Shown here in pieces: positions 59,667 through 64,000 of a stretch of DNA of 64,000 nt. The DNA comes from the human T2T-CHM13v2.0 reference genome, Homo sapiens. The DNA is taken from NCBI RefSeq assembly GCF_009914755.1, contig NC_060928.1; one strand, 5' to 3'. The notes beneath the pieces are model-generated. The model was not told the origin of the DNA and did not search any database. It was given only the letters and a program-made list of their open reading frames with translations. The first letter of the stretch is position 1; every line of letters starts with the position of its first letter. Made by a program: the position numbers and the translations under genes.

Positions 59667-61685
59667 GCACACTTTACATACTCTGCTTTTCTGGAAATGT
59701 AGTACTTTTTTCTTCTTTGATATTTTCGTGGTTTATAATTCTGAAAAATAAAATAATACTGCAATTCTGCTTTTCTGAGGCTATAAATTGAATGTTAACT
59801 ATGGGCTTATCATCTTATTTATAGGACATTTTTTGCTGGAAGTTGAGTTTTAAGGTGCATGATTTGACCCAACATGTATTTCAGTACATTTAATAATGAA
59901 CTCTGCTATAATGAAATGCTAATATATTTATGAAATTTGGAACTGTGCTTCAAATCCATTTCAAGGAAGGACAGTCACATGGTAGAAAAAGCCTGGCAGC
60001 AGTAATCAAATAAGCTGATTTTTAGTTACTATTATTAATGATGCTAGAATTGCTAATGCTGAACTTCCCCTTAAAATGTCTCAGCCTTATTTAATATCAA
60101 GATGCTTTCTTCTCACTTTCATTTTGTTCAATTCTGTGGCAAATCCACAGAGCCAGAGACCTAGCTCATGTTATTTTAAACAATGTCAAGTTCTATTTCC
60201 TGCATTGATATCCGTAGAGTTCTATTTGTGTTGTAGGATTCAAAAAAGAAAGTATCTGTGATCCCTGAACAATTTGCATCCATATGAGAAAACAGAAACC
60301 CCAGAAGCTGTATTCAGGTTACATGACCACTAAGGGAATTATATAATTTTATTCAGATATCTGCCTCTTCAGCTTTATGTCTTTTTTATAAGAATCATAT
60401 TATTACAGAATAAGAATTGTATTGTATCTATGATTCCTATCCCTTTCAGTGTGATTATTTTAGCTCTTCTCACCTACCGGCAGAATATCTGAAAATATTG
60501 TGAGTTGATAAAATCAGGGTCACAACACTATCACAAATTATTCTTTATAGAAAATGGCAATTTATTTTAGGTAAGCATCTAAAAAATAATAGGATACATT
60601 TTCACATTGGTACATTTTCTTTTACTTTAAAATGAACATTTATATATACAACATATATTTTAATAAACATTGAAAATTAGTTGTTCGAGAAAGAAGAGAA
60701 AGAGGAAGAAAGATTGGGTCAGGTTGGCAGGCCACTCTGAGCACTGAAATTTATTTTCTTCTATCAGTTTCTTAGCTATGCACTTGGATTAAAATACATG
60801 GTGATGTATATGAACATTAGTTCTGAGCATCTGATTTTGCTTAGCATATTTCTGGTATGTTTGAAGATTATAATTTCAACTGCAGTTTGCATTGCCTGAC
60901 AGATCTCATTGGGAGCTTTATAAAAGAGCCTCATGCTTAACACAGGAAGACTTTTAAGTTATCATGGCATATTTTTCAGAATTTATTGTTTGAGACCACA
61001 ATTTTGAGCAATTTATAGCTTAAGTTGAAAATATTCCCTCTGAGGTGTTTGTATCATGGGAGATAAAGGAAGAGTATTGTGTTCAAGTGTATTTCAGATA
61101 CAAAATGCATATGTATTTAGCTTACGGAAACTGCATAGGATGTATTTTAATATTTAAATTTCAAATAATGGGATTAAAATTTACAATAGGTATATCTATT
61201 TATAGAATTACAGTTATTTGTAATCAGTCTAAGCAGAGAGATTATAGGAATTGTCTCTATTTCCACAAAATAAATATGGCAGACTATTGAGGATGTCTTA
61301 TGTACATTGTAATTTCATTTATGGTTTTGTTTACTTAAGTAATTGGAATGTGACAGACCCTGATAATTTTTGGTTTCACAAATTGGAAAATTAAATTTTC
61401 CCAACATGTCATAATTTTAAAAATTTATCCACAGAAGTAACAAATGCAGTTCTGAATTCCTTTACCATGTCATAGATAGGAAGTCTTTTAATCACTTTAT
61501 AATAAAAAATAAACTTCTCTGTCTCCTGGGTGGAGCTCATTGTCATCTAACACTAACATTTATGCCTTTTTCTGTTTCAGAATGAAATTAACCAAAATAT
61601 TTAAGTTATGTTCTGAAGTAGTTTATTATTTTATAGTTGTCTTAATAACACAAAATTTAAGATAAAGTATGGAAAACAAAAATTA

Positions 61686-62824
61686 CAGTCTATTCTATTA
61701 TTCATGGTAGTTATATTTTGTAAAATCTCCACAAACACTGAGGTAGCAAGTACTAAAGGTGTTGTTCCTAGGAGATATTTTTACGTATCTTTTTATCCAT
61801 CATCTATCTATCTATATCTATCTATCTATCATCAATCATCTCTCATTTATCATCATTTATCTATCAATAATCTATCTCTCATCTCTATACACATATATCT
61901 TCAGAGATTATATTAAAAACACTTCAGCAGGTAGATTACATTTTCTTTATTATATGAAAGAAAAAGCAAAGTTGAGATGTGTTAAGTGACTTGCCTGAGT
62001 CTGCTACACTCACAGGTGCCAGAGTTGGGGTTCAAACCCTCTCATCGGCCCCAGATCAGGAGACCCTTGCATTACACTGCCATTTGCAACCCCTGGCTTC
62101 TGGTCATCTCTATATGAAAACAAAACAAGAAGGCAAAGGGTCGTCTAATTTGACATCAGACAGGAATGTGCAAGTTGGACAGTTCAATTTTTTTTTCCAT
62201 TCTACATATGTCAGAGTTTGGGCCTCAGAACATGCTACTGCAAAATATGGCACCTTAGTAATTGAGAATGCTACAGAAGTTAGAAGGTCAATCTGACATT
62301 TTCCTGATTTTTTCCTGAAGCACGGTCATGATAGAATTATCTGAATGACCTCACCTGGAAGTAGGTCAGAAGACTCGTACTCAAGAGGGGCCTTGCCCTA
62401 TACCCAGAGGTCAAGAAGAATTTAAAATAAACAGATCTTGCTAAATTCCCTTACCCTCTTTATTTCCATTAGGTCATACACCATTTTGGTCCAGTCATAC
62501 TTCTACACGACTGTCCATTCTTTATCATACCTAAGCATACAAATACACAGTTTTCCTTGTCTTTGGATCTGCATTTCCAAAGGCCCTCATGACATGTAAA
62601 ATTTTAGTTAAATTCATTTGTATGCTTTTATTTTGTAAATTCATCTTTTATTATAGGAGTGTCATCCATGAGCCTTGTAATAAATGAAAAAATTATGCTC
62701 TTTTTTCTCCCCTACATGAGCAAATGACCCCAAATGCTGAAAGCATTGCTTTGGGGATTACAAATTTTAACCACTAAGCAAACTGGCAAAACATAGGCTC
62801 TCCTAATATTAAAGATCAATTCTG
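61686..62824. mobile_element. MER47/Tigger5-like DNA transposon, split by an LTR and a (TCTA/TCA)n repeat
   Basis: ta|cagtctattctattattcatggtagttat left end; ...taatattaaagatcaattctg right end; microsatellite at about 61795-61900. Confidence 0.6.
62217..62716 (+). mobile_element. ERV1 LTR (MER34-like) nested in the Tigger element
   Basis: cagaacatgctactgcaaaatatggcacctt start motif; ends ttctcccctaca. Confidence 0.6.
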
Positions 62825-64000
62825 TTTTCTAGTATTCCTTCTTATAAGAGAATAAAGAGAATATAATTAATACCCTTGGAATAACATTACACAGATTCAA
62901 AGTATTCACCTTAACTACAGTAATGACTTTGGAATGGCCCACAGAATTTCTCTGAGAATAATTTAGGTAAAATGTCAGGACCTCATTAATTTCTGCTTTT
63001 ATTATGGAAAATGTAGAACAACAGATATAAAATACCAATTACTCATATTGAGCCAGATATGACGTCTTTATATTCACTGTCTGATTTAAAACTTGAGCTA
63101 ACACAACAAAGTAGATAGATATAGTTATTGTTCCGTTAGTGAAACAGTTTTTAGGGGTTAAATAACTTTTTAAAGATACCTAAACTAGCATGCGTTTGAA
63201 TGAGAATCCTAAAAGCAATTATCTGTGACTCCAAAGCTCATGGTCTCTCCAGTACACACACAGCTCCCTAGAGAAAATGGAACACATTTATGGAACACAT
63301 TATTCTTAATTATTAATAGATTTGTGTGTTTAACTGTATGTTTATTTTGCTTGGATGAAAGTTCTGTGAGACCATAACCAAGATATCTTGCCCAACGTTT
63401 TGTTGCTAGTTCCTGGTATAGTGTCTGGCACATCATTAACATGCTGTAAATATTAGTTGATGTTATAAATGAAAATAAATGGATTAATGATATCCTAGTT
63501 ATAAATATTAGCTTCCAAAAGTTTTAGATACCTAAATTACTCAGCTCTAATTTTTATTTTCAGCTATGCTCACTTTGCCAAAATTGAAAACCTACATTTT
63601 GTAATTAATGATTGCTCAAGTTCCTTTTAGGTTTTTAGGATATTTCTGTATGCAACGCAGAGCTCCCTTTGGAACCATTTCCTGCCATTACTATGCTCAT
63701 TGATGACTCTCTTTATTCTACCTTCTAAGTCTACATTGTCATCAAACCTCAGGGTGAACACTGTGCCCATTCTTAAACAGCCATCTGCATGTGCCCAGGA
63801 AAAATAGCAAAGAACAGAAAAAACCCTGTCAAACTCTTATCCTTTGCCAATTTCTTTATTCAACTTTACTGTGTACTATGAGTGCTAATATAAAGTGGGT
63901 ATTCTAATAGCTTCACTTCTTTTCAATGGTGTGTATTTTAAAGGAGCAGGAAGAACAGAGGCACAGAAAAATGGAAAACAGCTAGAGTTGTCATTATAAA

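Overview
This is AT-rich primate (human-like) genomic DNA dominated by interspersed repeats. I found no supportable protein-coding exon, RNA gene or CRISPR array; it looks like a gene desert or deep intron. Every convincing ORF is LINE-1 derived, and the rest come from microsatellites, Alus or LTRs. Main content: solo LTR13 (2671-3675) and solo LTR22 (39258-39744), both with perfect 6-bp TSDs; a full-length but dead L1PA2/3-type element (9800-15849, 15-bp TSD) nested in older L1M elements; a complete THE1A MaLR provirus (21363-23962); an internally deleted THE1C-like element; several Alus; Tigger/Charlie DNA transposon fossils; a 25-bp minisatellite. The most unusual structure is a third THE1A LTR (24153-24503). 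It is an inverted copy of the provirus 3' LTR plus about 25 bp of its flank, with a small hairpin at the breakpoint, so it is not an independent solo LTR. I found no evidence of a new biological system. Subfamily names come from remembered consensus sequences and need RepeatMasker/Dfam confirmation.
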